Part shown: in pieces, positions 1 to 9,558 of the stretch
Position numbering within the stretch: the first letter of the stretch is position 1
Layout: every line of letters starts with the position of its first letter
Assembly: GCA_012727935.1 (NCBI GenBank)
Contig: JAAYGA010000233.1
Span: 1-46,209 of the forward strand
Reading direction: 5' to 3'
From: Pseudomonadaceae bacterium
GTDB taxonomy: Bacteria; Pseudomonadota; Gammaproteobacteria; Pseudomonadales; Halomonadaceae
Length of the DNA stretch: 46,209 bases
The notes under the pieces: model-generated
What the model was told of the DNA's origin: nothing
What the model saw: only the letters and a program-made list of their open reading frames with translations
Database searches by the model: none
Program-made: the position numbers and the translations under genes

Positions 1-610
1 AATAGCTACGCACCTGTTGTAGGTCATGAAGCACAGCAATAATGGTTCTTCCCTGCTGATGCCACTGCTGAACTAAATTGAGTAAATCAGCCGTTGTGGC
101 TTCATCAACAGCGGCAAAGGGTTCATCAAGCAAAATAAGGGGCGCATCCTCTAATAATAAACGGGCAAACAGCACTCTTTGTAACTGACCACCAGACAAA
201 GAATCGAGTGAACGCCTATCAAAACCAGCCATGCCAACCTGTTGCAATGCTTCTTGTACCGCTTGACGGTCTGTCCCTTTAATTGCCGCAAATGCACCAC
301 GCCTTGGCCAATGCCCCAAGCTTACAAAGTCGGCCACCCGTAAAGGAAAGTCTAAATCTAACCGTGCTCTTTGTGGTAAATAAGCCAGCTGTGGATGCCC
401 TTGTGGCCAAGTAATCTCACCCCCTAAAGGACGTATTTCATTCATTAAACCTTTTAATAAGGTTGATTTACCACCACCATTAGGGCCCACCACCGCCAGC
501 AAATCGCCGGTTAAAATATGCCCTTGTAAATGGTGTACTGCTGGGTGCCTTTCATAGCCTAAGGTTAGGTTGTTAAATGTAACCAAGGCTAGGGGTTGTT
601 TTTTATTCAT
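1..610 (-). CDS. Metal (Zn/Mn) ABC transporter ATP-binding subunit, ZnuC/AztA-like; 3' end runs off the window
   Basis: Not in the ORF track. Manual translation from ATG at 610: MNKKQPLALVTFNNLTLGYERHPAVHHL..., with Walker A GPNGGGKST, AYLPQ Q-loop, signature LSGGQLQRVLFAR, Walker B LILLDEPF and H-loop VLHD. A Zur box lies upstream. Confidence 0.9.
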   Translation of the reverse strand, partial: MNKKQPLALVTFNNLTLGYERHPAVHHLQGHILTGDLLAVVGPNGGGKSTLLKGLMNEIRPLGGEITWPQGHPQLAYLPQRARLDLDFPLRVADFVSLGHWPRRGAFAAIKGTDRQAVQEALQQVGMAGFDRRSLDSLSGGQLQRVLFARLLLEDAPLILLDEPFAAVDEATTADLLNLVQQWHQQGRTIIAVLHDLQQVRSY

Positions 611-616
611 CACAAA

Positions 617-727
617 TTAGCTCATTGCCCAGCGGGTTAGCAGCCATAAAATAGCCAACACAGGCATAACTGCTAGCAAACGGGTGGTTACACCCAGCTG
701 TAAAAGGGAAAGGTTCCAGAATCTCAT
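617..727 (-). CDS. Small 36-aa single-helix membrane peptide leading the zinc ABC operon
   Basis: Manual translation MRFWNLSLLQLGVTTRLLAVMPVLAILWLLTRWAMS*. It fills the space between the Zur box and the ATPase start (6-bp gap) and has one hydrophobic segment. Confidence 0.65.
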   Translation of the reverse strand: MRFWNLSLLQLGVTTRLLAVMPVLAILWLLTRWAMS

Positions 728-736
728 CTTAGCCAC

Positions 737-759
737 CAAATGTTATAACATAACAAACA
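737..759. promoter_or_regulatory. Zur box (zinc uptake regulator operator)
   Basis: CAAATGTTATAACATAACAAACA. The core TGTTAT-AAC-ATAACA (741-755) is a perfect 6-3-6 palindrome matching the proteobacterial Zur consensus GAAATGTTATAnTATAACATTTC, directly upstream of a metal ABC operon. Confidence 0.85.
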
Positions 760-811
760 GGCGAACAAAGATAGCAGAAGTTTTTTTCTGCGACCAGAAT
801 TAATTCTAGTT

Positions 812-1921
812 TTAGTGGTTTTTTTCTAGCTTAGCTTCAGGCGACCTAAGCGCCAGTTTTTCTGTTGGCGGTTCAATTAATGGCTCTTCAACAACACCAT
901 TACCCAACATAACTGCTAGCCACTGAGTGGAGGGAGTTTGTTCTAAAGCAATTTTTGCAATCATGGTTAAAGGAATGGAAAGGAACATGCCTGCTGCACC
1001 AAATAGCCAGCCCCATAAAATAAGTGATAAAAACACCACTAAAGGGGAAAGCCCTAAACCTTTACCCATAAACCGTGGTTCAACCAAATTACCCATCACC
1101 ATATTAACCGCCAAATAACCACCGGCAACCACACCTGCTTGCGGAAAACCTAGCTGAACTATGGCTAATAAAACAGCAGGAATGGCGGCTAAAATAGAGC
1201 CAACGTTAGGAATAAAATTCATTAGCATGGCAATTAACCCCCACAACAAGGGGAAATCTAAACCTAAAAACCCAACCCACAAAGCAATTAAACAACCAGT
1301 GACTAAGCTAATGGTCGATTTTATAACCAAATATTTATTAACCTGCACTACAAACTGGCTAGCATTACGCAAAGATTTTTCAGCATCGGGTAAGGCTTGG
1401 CGCAATTTCTGAGAAAAAGTTGCTTCTTCAAGTAGCAAGAAAATAACAATGAAAATAATTAAAAATAGATTAGTTAGCAAAGAACCTAGGTTGGTTAACG
1501 CTTTAGCAACCCAATCCATAACTTGCGAAGGGTTAAAGTGGGTAAGTAATTGCTTACTAGAAACAGGAACACCCAGCCTTTCTAAAGCGGGTAATAAGCC
1601 AATCATTTCGGCTTCTAAACGCTGTTGGTAATCGGGTAGGCGGTTAATAAAACTGTCTATCGCGGTGGTAACCACCATGCCCAATAGGCCACCAAAGACC
1701 ACCAGAAAAGTGACAATAATTAAAATAGCTAAAATAGGTGGCACTTTATGCCGAGTTAAAAAGTGCAAGGGTGGCGTACAAATAATGCCAATAAAAAGCG
1801 CCAACATAATAGGAATAACAATGGCTTCAGCAGATTTAAGGCCAGCTAAAATAATAATAACCGTAGCCAAGCCTAGTAACCAAGCAAGCCCAGGCGCTTT
1901 AATATGAAATGAATCAGACAT
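812..1921 (-). CDS. AI-2E family transporter (YhhT/TqsA-like permease)
   Basis: 369 aa, multiple transmembrane segments, family motifs NFIPNVGS, GNLVEPRFMGKGLGLSPLVVFLSL, WGWLFG. Confidence 0.9.
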   Translation of the reverse strand: MSDSFHIKAPGLAWLLGLATVIIILAGLKSAEAIVIPIMLALFIGIICTPPLHFLTRHKVPPILAILIIVTFLVVFGGLLGMVVTTAIDSFINRLPDYQQRLEAEMIGLLPALERLGVPVSSKQLLTHFNPSQVMDWVAKALTNLGSLLTNLFLIIFIVIFLLLEEATFSQKLRQALPDAEKSLRNASQFVVQVNKYLVIKSTISLVTGCLIALWVGFLGLDFPLLWGLIAMLMNFIPNVGSILAAIPAVLLAIVQLGFPQAGVVAGGYLAVNMVMGNLVEPRFMGKGLGLSPLVVFLSLILWGWLFGAAGMFLSIPLTMIAKIALEQTPSTQWLAVMLGNGVVEEPLIEPPTEKLALRSPEAKLEKNH

Positions 1922-1973
1922 TATAACGAATTTACCCTACTAAAATGTTTGGCAAGCTTACACTAGCCAAGCT

Positions 1974-2255
1974 TTAGTCTCTATTTTTTTCACTCGTTAA
2001 CAAGCCTTGTTTTAAAACTTTAACCCGTTCAACTCCTTTACGCCGCTGGGCATAAATAACATCAAGCTTAAGCTGCAAACCTTCCACTTCCTCTGGGTAA
2101 TGTTCAAGCTTACTTGCCAACTTGGCACGCAAATCATGCTCTTTAGTTTTAAGAACTTTTAGCACTTTACGAATAGATTTAATTTCTTCTTGCTGTGTTT
2201 TGCTGTCTGCATCTAAAAACTGACCTAGTCGCTCTAAAAGTTTTTTTACTTTCAT
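1974..2255 (-). CDS. Hypothetical small basic coiled-coil protein downstream of the Na/Pi cotransporter
   Basis: ATG at 2255 (MKVKKLLERLGQFLD...) is preceded by GGAGT, so it is preferred over the ORF-track start at 2279. 93 aa, K/E/L-rich, fills the intergenic space co-directionally. Confidence 0.7.
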   Translation of the reverse strand: MKVKKLLERLGQFLDADSKTQQEEIKSIRKVLKVLKTKEHDLRAKLASKLEHYPEEVEGLQLKLDVIYAQRRKGVERVKVLKQGLLTSEKNRD

Positions 2256-2303
2256 TTGTTTTACTCCAAAATAAAACATTCCTTTTTAAAGCCTTCCTAG
2301 CTG

Positions 2304-4112
2304 TTATTTAGCTATATTTGGCTCTTTATCGACTAACTGCTGAATCTCAATTTCATCTAAATTAAATTGGTCGGTAGTTGCCGCTTCTTCCCTGCTCAAT
2401 AAAGCATGAACAGCAGCAATTAAATTATTGGCTATGTCGGCTACGTAATTTTCATCATTCATAATTGAAGTAGCGATGTTTGCATTTAAGCGCCGGTAGC
2501 GAATCATTTCATCTAGGTCATCAATCATTGTGCGGCTAGCTTTTTGTATAGAAAGCTTTAATGAATCTAACGATAAGGCTGTTGTGCTTGAAGGCTCTTC
2601 CTCCAATAAAGCACGCAGTTCTCTTAATAACCTAGCTAGCTGTAAGCGTATTTGGTCATAACGCTCTCTCACCGCAGGATTAGACGATAAACCATAGCGG
2701 GAAAGGTTGTTATGCAAGTGCTTCATGCCTTTAACCGCGCCCACAATATTGCGGCTAGCTTGGCGCAAAACATACAGTTCTTCTGTGGCTTCATGCGTTG
2801 ACTCACGCATTTGCGCTTCACTAATAAAAGCCACTATTTCACTGTGCAGGCTTTTAATTTTTTCTTCATAAGCATCTTCAACATCAATGGGAAAAATACG
2901 GCGGGTATTTTTTACCTCATTTAATAAAGATTCTTCAGATTCAATGGTGCTGCGTTTTAAACTTAAGCCATTTGCTAGCAAGCCAAAGGCATTATCAAAC
3001 AGGTGTTCTACTTCTTTACGCACAGCCGCCACCACACTGGAAGGCGTTTCCAGCACTTCTGGGTAAAGGTAAAGGGGTTGTTCTGTACTTTTAGGCACAA
3101 AATGAATGAATTGAATTAATCTTTTTTCTATTTGTGGAATAAATGGCATAAAAACCACTGCACCCAACAGCCTAAATAGGGTTTGAAAAAGTGCCAACTT
3201 CAACAAATAATCTTCAGCAGCTATCCCTATATAAACCGCCATCCAATCTACGACAAAAACTAAGGGCTTTATTAGTAACATGGCCAATAAGGTTGTTACA
3301 AAGCTAAATAACACCTGAGCTGCAGCCAGTCTTTTACCACCTAAGTTAGCCGCTAAGCCACCTAAAGCTGCCGTTATAGCACTGCCTAAACTAGCGCCAA
3401 TAGATAAAGCTAAAGCATTTTCATAGCTTACTTGGCCGGTTGCCAAAGCAGCGATAACTATTAGCAAGGTGGCGTGGCTAGATTGCATAATAAAAGTAAT
3501 TAACGTGCCAATTAGGGTGAAAAGTAAAACCCCATACACCCCAGTCATGCTATAGGCAGAAAGATCAAAGCTGCCTTGCAGCTGCGTAAACCCTTCCTTC
3601 ATAAAATGAATGCCAAAAAACAAAAAACCGATGCCTAAAACAAGGTTGCCTGCCCCTTTAATGGCTTTGCTTTTTTGCATTAATAACAACACGCCAAACA
3701 CCAGCATAGGCATGGCATAGCTGCCAATATCGACTTTCAAGCCTAAGCCTGCAATTAACCATGCCCCTGTGCTAGTGCCAATATTGGCACCTAAAATAAT
3801 GCCGATACCACCAGCTAGGGCGATCATTTCAGAACTAACAAAAGAGATGGTTATTAAAGAAACAAGGGTACTAGATTGCATCAAGGTGGTGCTGGTAAAA
3901 CCCAATAATAGGCTTTTCCACAACTTGTCGGTTGAACGCTGTAAAATGGCTTCTAATGCGCCACCGGCAAAGGCTTTAAAGCCATCTTCTAAGCAAATCA
4001 TGCCGAAAATAAAGAAGGCAATGCCTAGAGCCAGCTCCATAAACTCAGCACCCACCCAAAGCAAATAGGCAAGCAATAATAAAACGAAAGGTAAGGTAAA
4101 CTTTCTCAACAT
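2304..4112 (-). CDS. Na+/Pi cotransporter family protein with C-terminal PhoU-like helical domain
   Basis: Two MQSS repeats (TTLMQSST, TFIMQSSHAT), GANIGT motif, hydrophobic N-terminal half and soluble helical C-terminal half. ATG at 4112 follows AGGTG; GTG at 4121 is an alternative start. Confidence 0.88.
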   Translation of the reverse strand: MLRKFTLPFVLLLLAYLLWVGAEFMELALGIAFFIFGMICLEDGFKAFAGGALEAILQRSTDKLWKSLLLGFTSTTLMQSSTLVSLITISFVSSEMIALAGGIGIILGANIGTSTGAWLIAGLGLKVDIGSYAMPMLVFGVLLLMQKSKAIKGAGNLVLGIGFLFFGIHFMKEGFTQLQGSFDLSAYSMTGVYGVLLFTLIGTLITFIMQSSHATLLIVIAALATGQVSYENALALSIGASLGSAITAALGGLAANLGGKRLAAAQVLFSFVTTLLAMLLIKPLVFVVDWMAVYIGIAAEDYLLKLALFQTLFRLLGAVVFMPFIPQIEKRLIQFIHFVPKSTEQPLYLYPEVLETPSSVVAAVRKEVEHLFDNAFGLLANGLSLKRSTIESEESLLNEVKNTRRIFPIDVEDAYEEKIKSLHSEIVAFISEAQMRESTHEATEELYVLRQASRNIVGAVKGMKHLHNNLSRYGLSSNPAVRERYDQIRLQLARLLRELRALLEEEPSSTTALSLDSLKLSIQKASRTMIDDLDEMIRYRRLNANIATSIMNDENYVADIANNLIAAVHALLSREEAATTDQFNLDEIEIQQLVDKEPNIAK

Positions 4113-4171
4113 AAAACCCACCTAATTAACTTCACCAAACTAGCTAATTTCACCAAAGATTGCTCTTTTAG

Positions 4172-4993
4172 TTAGGGCAAAAATAACTCAGGGTCTACTC
4201 TGGCGGCGTTTAAGCTCATAGTCCAATGTAAATGGGGGCCTGTTGAACGGCCTGTTGTGCCAACTTCACCAATAAACTGCCCTACTTCAACTTCATCGCC
4301 CACTTTTAAATTAGCAAAAGCACTCAGATGGCAATACATGCTAGTTAGCCCCTGCCCGTGGTCAATAACCACTGTTTTACCATTAAAAAAGTAATGGTTT
4401 TGTGCGGTAATGCGCCCTGGTAAAGCTGCTTTTATGGGCGTGCCTTGGGGTGCGGCTAGGTCTAAACCGCTGTGAGGGTTGCGTGCTTCGCCATTAAATA
4501 CCCGACGAAAGCCAAAAGGGCTGGAATGCCGTCCTTCTAAGGGTTTAACTAAAGCTGGTAAGGGCAGAATAACCGGACGAAAATTATTCATAGCACCACT
4601 TAACTCAGGTGCTTCACGCCTAACTCTGGCAAGGTCTTCAGCAGAAAGATTAACCTGCCTCGGCGCTACCTTAAGGCTTTGTTGTGGGTAAGCTTTATCG
4701 GCAACATTAAACGTTAACGGTAAATCCCCTTCGCGAGTGCGCCAAAAAGCTTCGGCTTTGCCCAGTTTTTGGTTTAGAGGAATGCCCACCCAAGCCATCC
4801 AACGGCCTTCTTTTTTAACGGTGTAAACTCGCTGATTATTAAAAAAAACATGCGGTGGCGATTCGCTGCGTTGGGGAATTTCTAAAATAGCGATGCCGCC
4901 TGGAATACGCGCTTCTTGTGGCCAAGTTCCAGCATTTACTTGAACACTTAAAAGAATGCAACTTAAAAAAACACCCAACCAACCTAAACGCAT
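4172..4993 (-). CDS. M23 family metallopeptidase (peptidoglycan DD-endopeptidase type) with signal peptide
   Basis: HSGLDLAA (HxxxD), YCHLS, GRSTGPHLH (HxH); N-terminal signal sequence ending VNA; commonly follows xseA. Confidence 0.92.
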   Translation of the reverse strand: MRLGWLGVFLSCILLSVQVNAGTWPQEARIPGGIAILEIPQRSESPPHVFFNNQRVYTVKKEGRWMAWVGIPLNQKLGKAEAFWRTREGDLPLTFNVADKAYPQQSLKVAPRQVNLSAEDLARVRREAPELSGAMNNFRPVILPLPALVKPLEGRHSSPFGFRRVFNGEARNPHSGLDLAAPQGTPIKAALPGRITAQNHYFFNGKTVVIDHGQGLTSMYCHLSAFANLKVGDEVEVGQFIGEVGTTGRSTGPHLHWTMSLNAARVDPELFLP

Positions 4994-5002
4994 AACTGCT
5001 CC

Positions 5003-6202
5003 TTAATTTTTTACCGCAGTAGAATTAACCTGCTCTACTCGGCATTCTAAAGCACCTTCTGCTAGCCAAACTGTTAGCAGGTCATTTTTTTGCACTTGGC
5101 TAGCGGTGCGTAACACCTGTTTATTTTTATCTTCTACCAAGGCATAGCCACGGCCTAAGGTATTCAACGGGCTTAAGGTGTGTAAACGCGCTGCTTGCTG
5201 CTGTAATTTTAACTGCCTTAGTTGCTGCTGGTTAGCTAAAGCCTGCTGTAAACGTGGCATTAACGAATGTAACTGCTGCTTTTTTTGTTGCCATTTTTGA
5301 ATAACAGTTTTGGCACCTAAAGCCACCTGATCTAAACGCTGTTGTTCACCGCGTAAACAACGCAGGATGCCTAGCTGTAAACTTTGCTTTAAACGCTCGA
5401 CCTGCTGGGCAAGGCTGGCTAAATCTGGGCTAGCGGTTTCTGCTGCCACTGAAGGGGTTGCCGCACGCTGGTCGGCAACAAAATCGACCAGCGTAAAGTC
5501 GGTTTCATGCCCCACCCCAGTAATAACAGGCATCGCTGAAGCAGCCACCATACGCGCTAAAGTTTCATCATTAAACGCTTGTAGGTCTTCTAAACTGCCA
5601 CCACCTCTAACGAGTAATAATACTTCTGGCTGGCCGTGGTATTGGGCTAAAGCAAAGGCACGGCGCAAACTAGCCGGTGCTTCTTTGCCTTGCACAAGAG
5701 CGGGGTAAACTAAAACTTTGGCTAAAGGCCAACGCCGCTGTAATACCTGCAAAACATCTTGTAAGGCCGCACCTTGCAAAGAAGAAACCACACCCAAGGT
5801 TAATGGAAAACTAGGTAAAGCCCGTTTGCGTTCAGCAGCAAACAAACCCTCTGCCGCCAGTTTGCCCTTTAAAGCCTCCAAACGCGCTAATACATCACCC
5901 TCGCCACTAAAGCGCAAGACTTCAACAAGGAACTGATATTGCCCCCGCCCTTCATAAAGGCTGACATTGCCCTTTAATAGCAAACGGTCACCATTCAAAG
6001 GTTGGCGAGCAACCAAAGCACTGCGCCCAGCAAATAACACACAGGCTAGCTGTGCTCGTTCATCTTTTAAAGTGAAATACCAATGGCCTGCGCTAGAGGC
6101 CGTAAAGTTAGATACTTCACCTTCCACCCAAACCTGCAACAAGCCCTGTTCTAATAGTAAACGGGCTTGGGCATTCAGCTGGCTAACAGTTAGGCTAGTC
6201 AT
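5003..6202 (-). CDS. xseA: Exodeoxyribonuclease VII large subunit
   Basis: VWVEGEVSNF, GHWYFTLKD, RGGGSLEDL, GVGHETDFTLVDFVAD, LSPLNTLGRGY. Confidence 0.97.
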   Translation of the reverse strand: MTSLTVSQLNAQARLLLEQGLLQVWVEGEVSNFTASSAGHWYFTLKDERAQLACVLFAGRSALVARQPLNGDRLLLKGNVSLYEGRGQYQFLVEVLRFSGEGDVLARLEALKGKLAAEGLFAAERKRALPSFPLTLGVVSSLQGAALQDVLQVLQRRWPLAKVLVYPALVQGKEAPASLRRAFALAQYHGQPEVLLLVRGGGSLEDLQAFNDETLARMVAASAMPVITGVGHETDFTLVDFVADQRAATPSVAAETASPDLASLAQQVERLKQSLQLGILRCLRGEQQRLDQVALGAKTVIQKWQQKKQQLHSLMPRLQQALANQQQLRQLKLQQQAARLHTLSPLNTLGRGYALVEDKNKQVLRTASQVQKNDLLTVWLAEGALECRVEQVNSTAVKN

Positions 6203-6211
6203 TGTTTATTC

Positions 6212-6802
6212 TTAAAAACCAATAAACCTAGCCACGGGCGGGCCTGCTAGCTGTGCCAACATGCCCACTAAAAAGCTAGAAGCTAGATTAATACCTAAAA
6301 AAACAAAAATAGGTGAGAGGTCTAAACCACCAAGGCTAGGAATAATTTTCCTAACGGGTGCCATTAAAGGCTCGGTTAGCTGATAAACCAATAATGCGCC
6401 AGGGTGATTGGCCTGAGGCGCAACCCAGCTAAGTATTATGGAAATAACTAAGATAAAAAAGTACAAATCTAACACTACTTTTAATACCCCAGCCACACCA
6501 CCAATTAAAATACTGACAAGGTTTGCAGCGCCTAACAAGTTGCTTAAATACAAAGCTAGGGTAATGCCTAAGGCTTTAATGGCTAGGGCAATCAGCAGGC
6601 TAGCTAAATCAAGTCGGCCTCTGGGGCGCAGCACACTTTGCAAGGGTAAAATAACCGGATTCGTTGCCTTAACAATGCCCTGCGTGATGGGGTTAAAATA
6701 GTCTGCTTTGCTTAAATGCAGCAAAAACCTTAAAACAACCACGAAAGTCGCCATATTAAATAACAACTGAACAAAAGAAACCAAACCTGCACCCATTCCC
6801 AT
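6212..6802 (-). CDS. yggT: YggT family membrane protein
   Basis: ADYFNPITQ, LTEPLMAPVRKIIPSLGGLDLSPI; sits in the yggS-proC-yggT cluster. Confidence 0.93.
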   Translation of the reverse strand: MGMGAGLVSFVQLLFNMATFVVVLRFLLHLSKADYFNPITQGIVKATNPVILPLQSVLRPRGRLDLASLLIALAIKALGITLALYLSNLLGAANLVSILIGGVAGVLKVVLDLYFFILVISIILSWVAPQANHPGALLVYQLTEPLMAPVRKIIPSLGGLDLSPIFVFLGINLASSFLVGMLAQLAGPPVARFIGF

Positions 6803-6869
6803 ACTGAATTACTCCGCCACTTTATCTAGTGAATATTAATCTTTGCTAGTCTACGTTAGCGCCGCCTAG

Positions 6870-7715
6870 CTAGCTGCTTTTTAATGCAGTTGCTAGTTCA
6901 ACGGCACGCTTTGCTGCCGCCTGCGTTGCTGCTTCCACCAGTTCAGGCAAACCTTTATTTACAAAAGTTTGAATCGCCTGTTCAGTGGTGCCACCGGGGG
7001 AAGTCACTTTACGCCTTAATTCTGCCGGTGAATCTGCTAATTCTGCCAACATTTTTCCAGCACCTGCCGCCGTACTTTTAGCCAGCTGCAAGGCCAGTTC
7101 AGGCGACAAACCTAGCTTTTCACCGGCAACGGCCAAGGCTTCAGTAAACAAGAAATAATAAGCAGGGCCAGAGCCTGAAATGGCGGTAACCGCATCTAAT
7201 TGCTGCTCTTCTTCTACCCAGTAAGCCTGACCTACCGCTTGTGAAATTTGCTCTACCCAAGCGTGTTGTTGGGGGCTAACACTTGCGGTTGCATAAAGCC
7301 CTGCCACACCAACACCTAACAGCGAAGGCGTGTTGGGCATAGAGCGCACTAAAGGCAATTCACCACCTAACCAACCTAGCAAGCATTCGCTGGTTAAACC
7401 GGCAGCAATACTTAGCAATAAAGGTTGGTGTTGCTGCACTGTTGTAGCCAAAGCCACGCACACTTTCTGCATTGCTTGGGGTTTAACGCCTAGCACCAAA
7501 ATATCAGCCCAAGCAGCAGCCTGCTGATTATTGGTGGTTACTTGAACACCTGTTTCTTGTGCTAATGCTTGTAACTTAGCTTCATTACGGCCTGTTGCCA
7601 TTAATGTTTGCAGCGGATAACCCTGCTTCACTAGGCCACGCAAAATGGCACCGCCCATATTACCCGCACCAATAAAGGCGACTTTGGGCTGGGTTGATTC
7701 ATTTGGCTGATTCAT
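6870..7715 (-). CDS. proC: Pyrroline-5-carboxylate reductase
   Basis: FIGAGNMG, RSMPNTP, TAISGSGPAY, VTSPGGTT. Confidence 0.97.
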   Translation of the reverse strand: MNQPNESTQPKVAFIGAGNMGGAILRGLVKQGYPLQTLMATGRNEAKLQALAQETGVQVTTNNQQAAAWADILVLGVKPQAMQKVCVALATTVQQHQPLLLSIAAGLTSECLLGWLGGELPLVRSMPNTPSLLGVGVAGLYATASVSPQQHAWVEQISQAVGQAYWVEEEQQLDAVTAISGSGPAYYFLFTEALAVAGEKLGLSPELALQLAKSTAAGAGKMLAELADSPAELRRKVTSPGGTTEQAIQTFVNKGLPELVEAATQAAAKRAVELATALKSS

Positions 7716-7750
7716 CTTAGTTATTTCCTATACTTTTAAATTTTTTGTTC

Positions 7751-8458
7751 TTAATGTTTTGCTTCTCGTAGACCAAAAATAGCCGTACCTATTCTTACGC
7801 AAGTGCTGCCCTCAGCAACGGCAGCTTCTAAATCGCTGCTCATGCCCATCGAAAGGGTGTTTAAATTAGCAGTGGGCAAGGCTTGCTTTAAGTCTGCCTG
7901 CAAAGCAGCAAGCTGGGCAAAGGCTTGGCGTTGTTCAGTAAAGTCTTCCGTTGCTTTTGGAATGCACATTAAACCGCATAAAGCTAAACGTGGCAGCTGC
8001 ATAACCTGTTTAGCTAACGCCAAAGCTTCGGCAGGCGCTACCCCAGCTTTACTGGCCTCATCACTTATGTTCACTTGAATAAGCACTTTTAACGGAGGCA
8101 GGTGAGCTGGGCGTTGATCGTTTAAACGCTGGGCTATTTTTAGCCTATCTAGGGTGTGTAACCAAGCGAAGTTCTCGGCCAGTTCACGCGTTTTATTGGA
8201 CTGGATAGCGCCAATAAAGTGCCACTCTAGTTCAGGAAAATCCGCTAGCTGTTGCTGCTTTTGTAAGGCTTCTTGTAAATAATTTTCACCAAAGGCTTGC
8301 TGGCCTGTGGCAGCAGCAGCTCTTATGGCCTCTGCTGGCTGAGTTTTACTTACCGCCAACACTTGAACATCCAGCGGATTACGGCCAAATTTAAGGCAGG
8401 CTTGCTCTACCTGTTGACGAACCTTTGCGATATGCTCAGTAACTAGAGAAGGAAACAT
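7751..8458 (-). CDS. yggS: PLP homeostasis protein YggS
   Basis: LAVSK, FGENYLQE, WHFIGAIQSNK, LSMGMSSD, VRIGTAIFG. Confidence 0.97.
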   Translation of the reverse strand: MFPSLVTEHIAKVRQQVEQACLKFGRNPLDVQVLAVSKTQPAEAIRAAAATGQQAFGENYLQEALQKQQQLADFPELEWHFIGAIQSNKTRELAENFAWLHTLDRLKIAQRLNDQRPAHLPPLKVLIQVNISDEASKAGVAPAEALALAKQVMQLPRLALCGLMCIPKATEDFTEQRQAFAQLAALQADLKQALPTANLNTLSMGMSSDLEAAVAEGSTCVRIGTAIFGLREAKH

Positions 8459-8520
8459 TAAGTTATTCTTTATTGAGTTCAGTTTGGGCTCTGGCCAGTG
8501 TTACGCATCAGAGGTTATGA

Positions 8521-9555
8521 ATGGATATTACAGAACTACTGGCCTTCTGTGCAAAGCAGAAGGCTTCCGATCTACACCTTTCGGCAGACCTACCCCCCAT
8601 GATTCGAGTTGATGGCGATATTCGTCGAGTGAATGTACCTGCCATGAGCCATAAAGAAGTTCATGCGCTAGTTTACGACATCATGAACGACAAGCAACGG
8701 CGCGATTACGAAGAGTTTTTAGAGGTAGATTTTTCTTTTGAACTGCCAGGTTTAGCTCGCTTTAGGGTAAATGCTTTTAATCATAATCGGGGTGCTGGTG
8801 CTGTTTTTCGTTTAATTCCTTCCATCGTTCTAACCCTAGACGAACTGAGTTTAGGTGACGTCTTTCGTAACCTTGCCATGATACAGCGCGGCCTAATATT
8901 AGTAACTGGCCCAACAGGTTCAGGTAAATCAACCACCCTTGCCGCCATGATAGATTATGTAAATGAACGCAAAAATGCCCACATACTGACTATTGAAGAC
9001 CCCATAGAATTTGTTCATGAATCTAAAAAATGCCTAGTTAACCAGCGTGAAGTTCACCGCGATACCCTAGGTTTTTCTGAAGCCTTGCGTTCTGCCCTGC
9101 GTGAAGACCCAGACATTATTTTAGTTGGCGAACTAAGAGACTTAGAAACCATTCGCCTAGCCTTAACCGCTGCCGAAACAGGCCACACCGTTTTTGGCAC
9201 GCTACACACCACCGGCGCAGCTAAAACCATTGACCGTATCGTGGATGTTTTTCCGGCTGAAGAAAAATCAATGGTACGTTCTATGCTATCTGAATCTTTA
9301 CAAGGCGTTATTTCACAAATGCTGTTAAAGAAAGAAGGCGGTGGCCGAGTAGCGGCCCACGAAATTATGATTGCTACGCCAGCCATTCGTAATCTAATTC
9401 GAGAAGATAAAATTGCCCAGATGTATTCAGCCATACAAACCGGCGCAGTGCATGGAATGCAAACTATGGATCAATCCCTTAAACAGCTTATTACTAAAGG
9501 CTTAATTACCAAAGAAACTGCCCGTGAAAAAGCTAAACAACCAGAAAATTTTTAA
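8521..9555 (+). CDS. pilT: Type IV pilus retraction ATPase PilT
   Basis: MDITELLAF start, GPTGSGKST, TIEDPIE, ALREDPD, AIRNLIRE motif. Confidence 0.98.
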   Translation: MDITELLAFCAKQKASDLHLSADLPPMIRVDGDIRRVNVPAMSHKEVHALVYDIMNDKQRRDYEEFLEVDFSFELPGLARFRVNAFNHNRGAGAVFRLIPSIVLTLDELSLGDVFRNLAMIQRGLILVTGPTGSGKSTTLAAMIDYVNERKNAHILTIEDPIEFVHESKKCLVNQREVHRDTLGFSEALRSALREDPDIILVGELRDLETIRLALTAAETGHTVFGTLHTTGAAKTIDRIVDVFPAEEKSMVRSMLSESLQGVISQMLLKKEGGGRVAAHEIMIATPAIRNLIREDKIAQMYSAIQTGAVHGMQTMDQSLKQLITKGLITKETAREKAKQPENF

Positions 9556-9558
9556 TCT

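Noticed and set aside
4123-4157. Direct repeat TTCACCAAA (4131, 4149) upstream of the Na/Pi cotransporter, considered as a Pho box
   Set aside because: The period is 18 bp rather than 11 bp and the unit does not match CTGTCAT.
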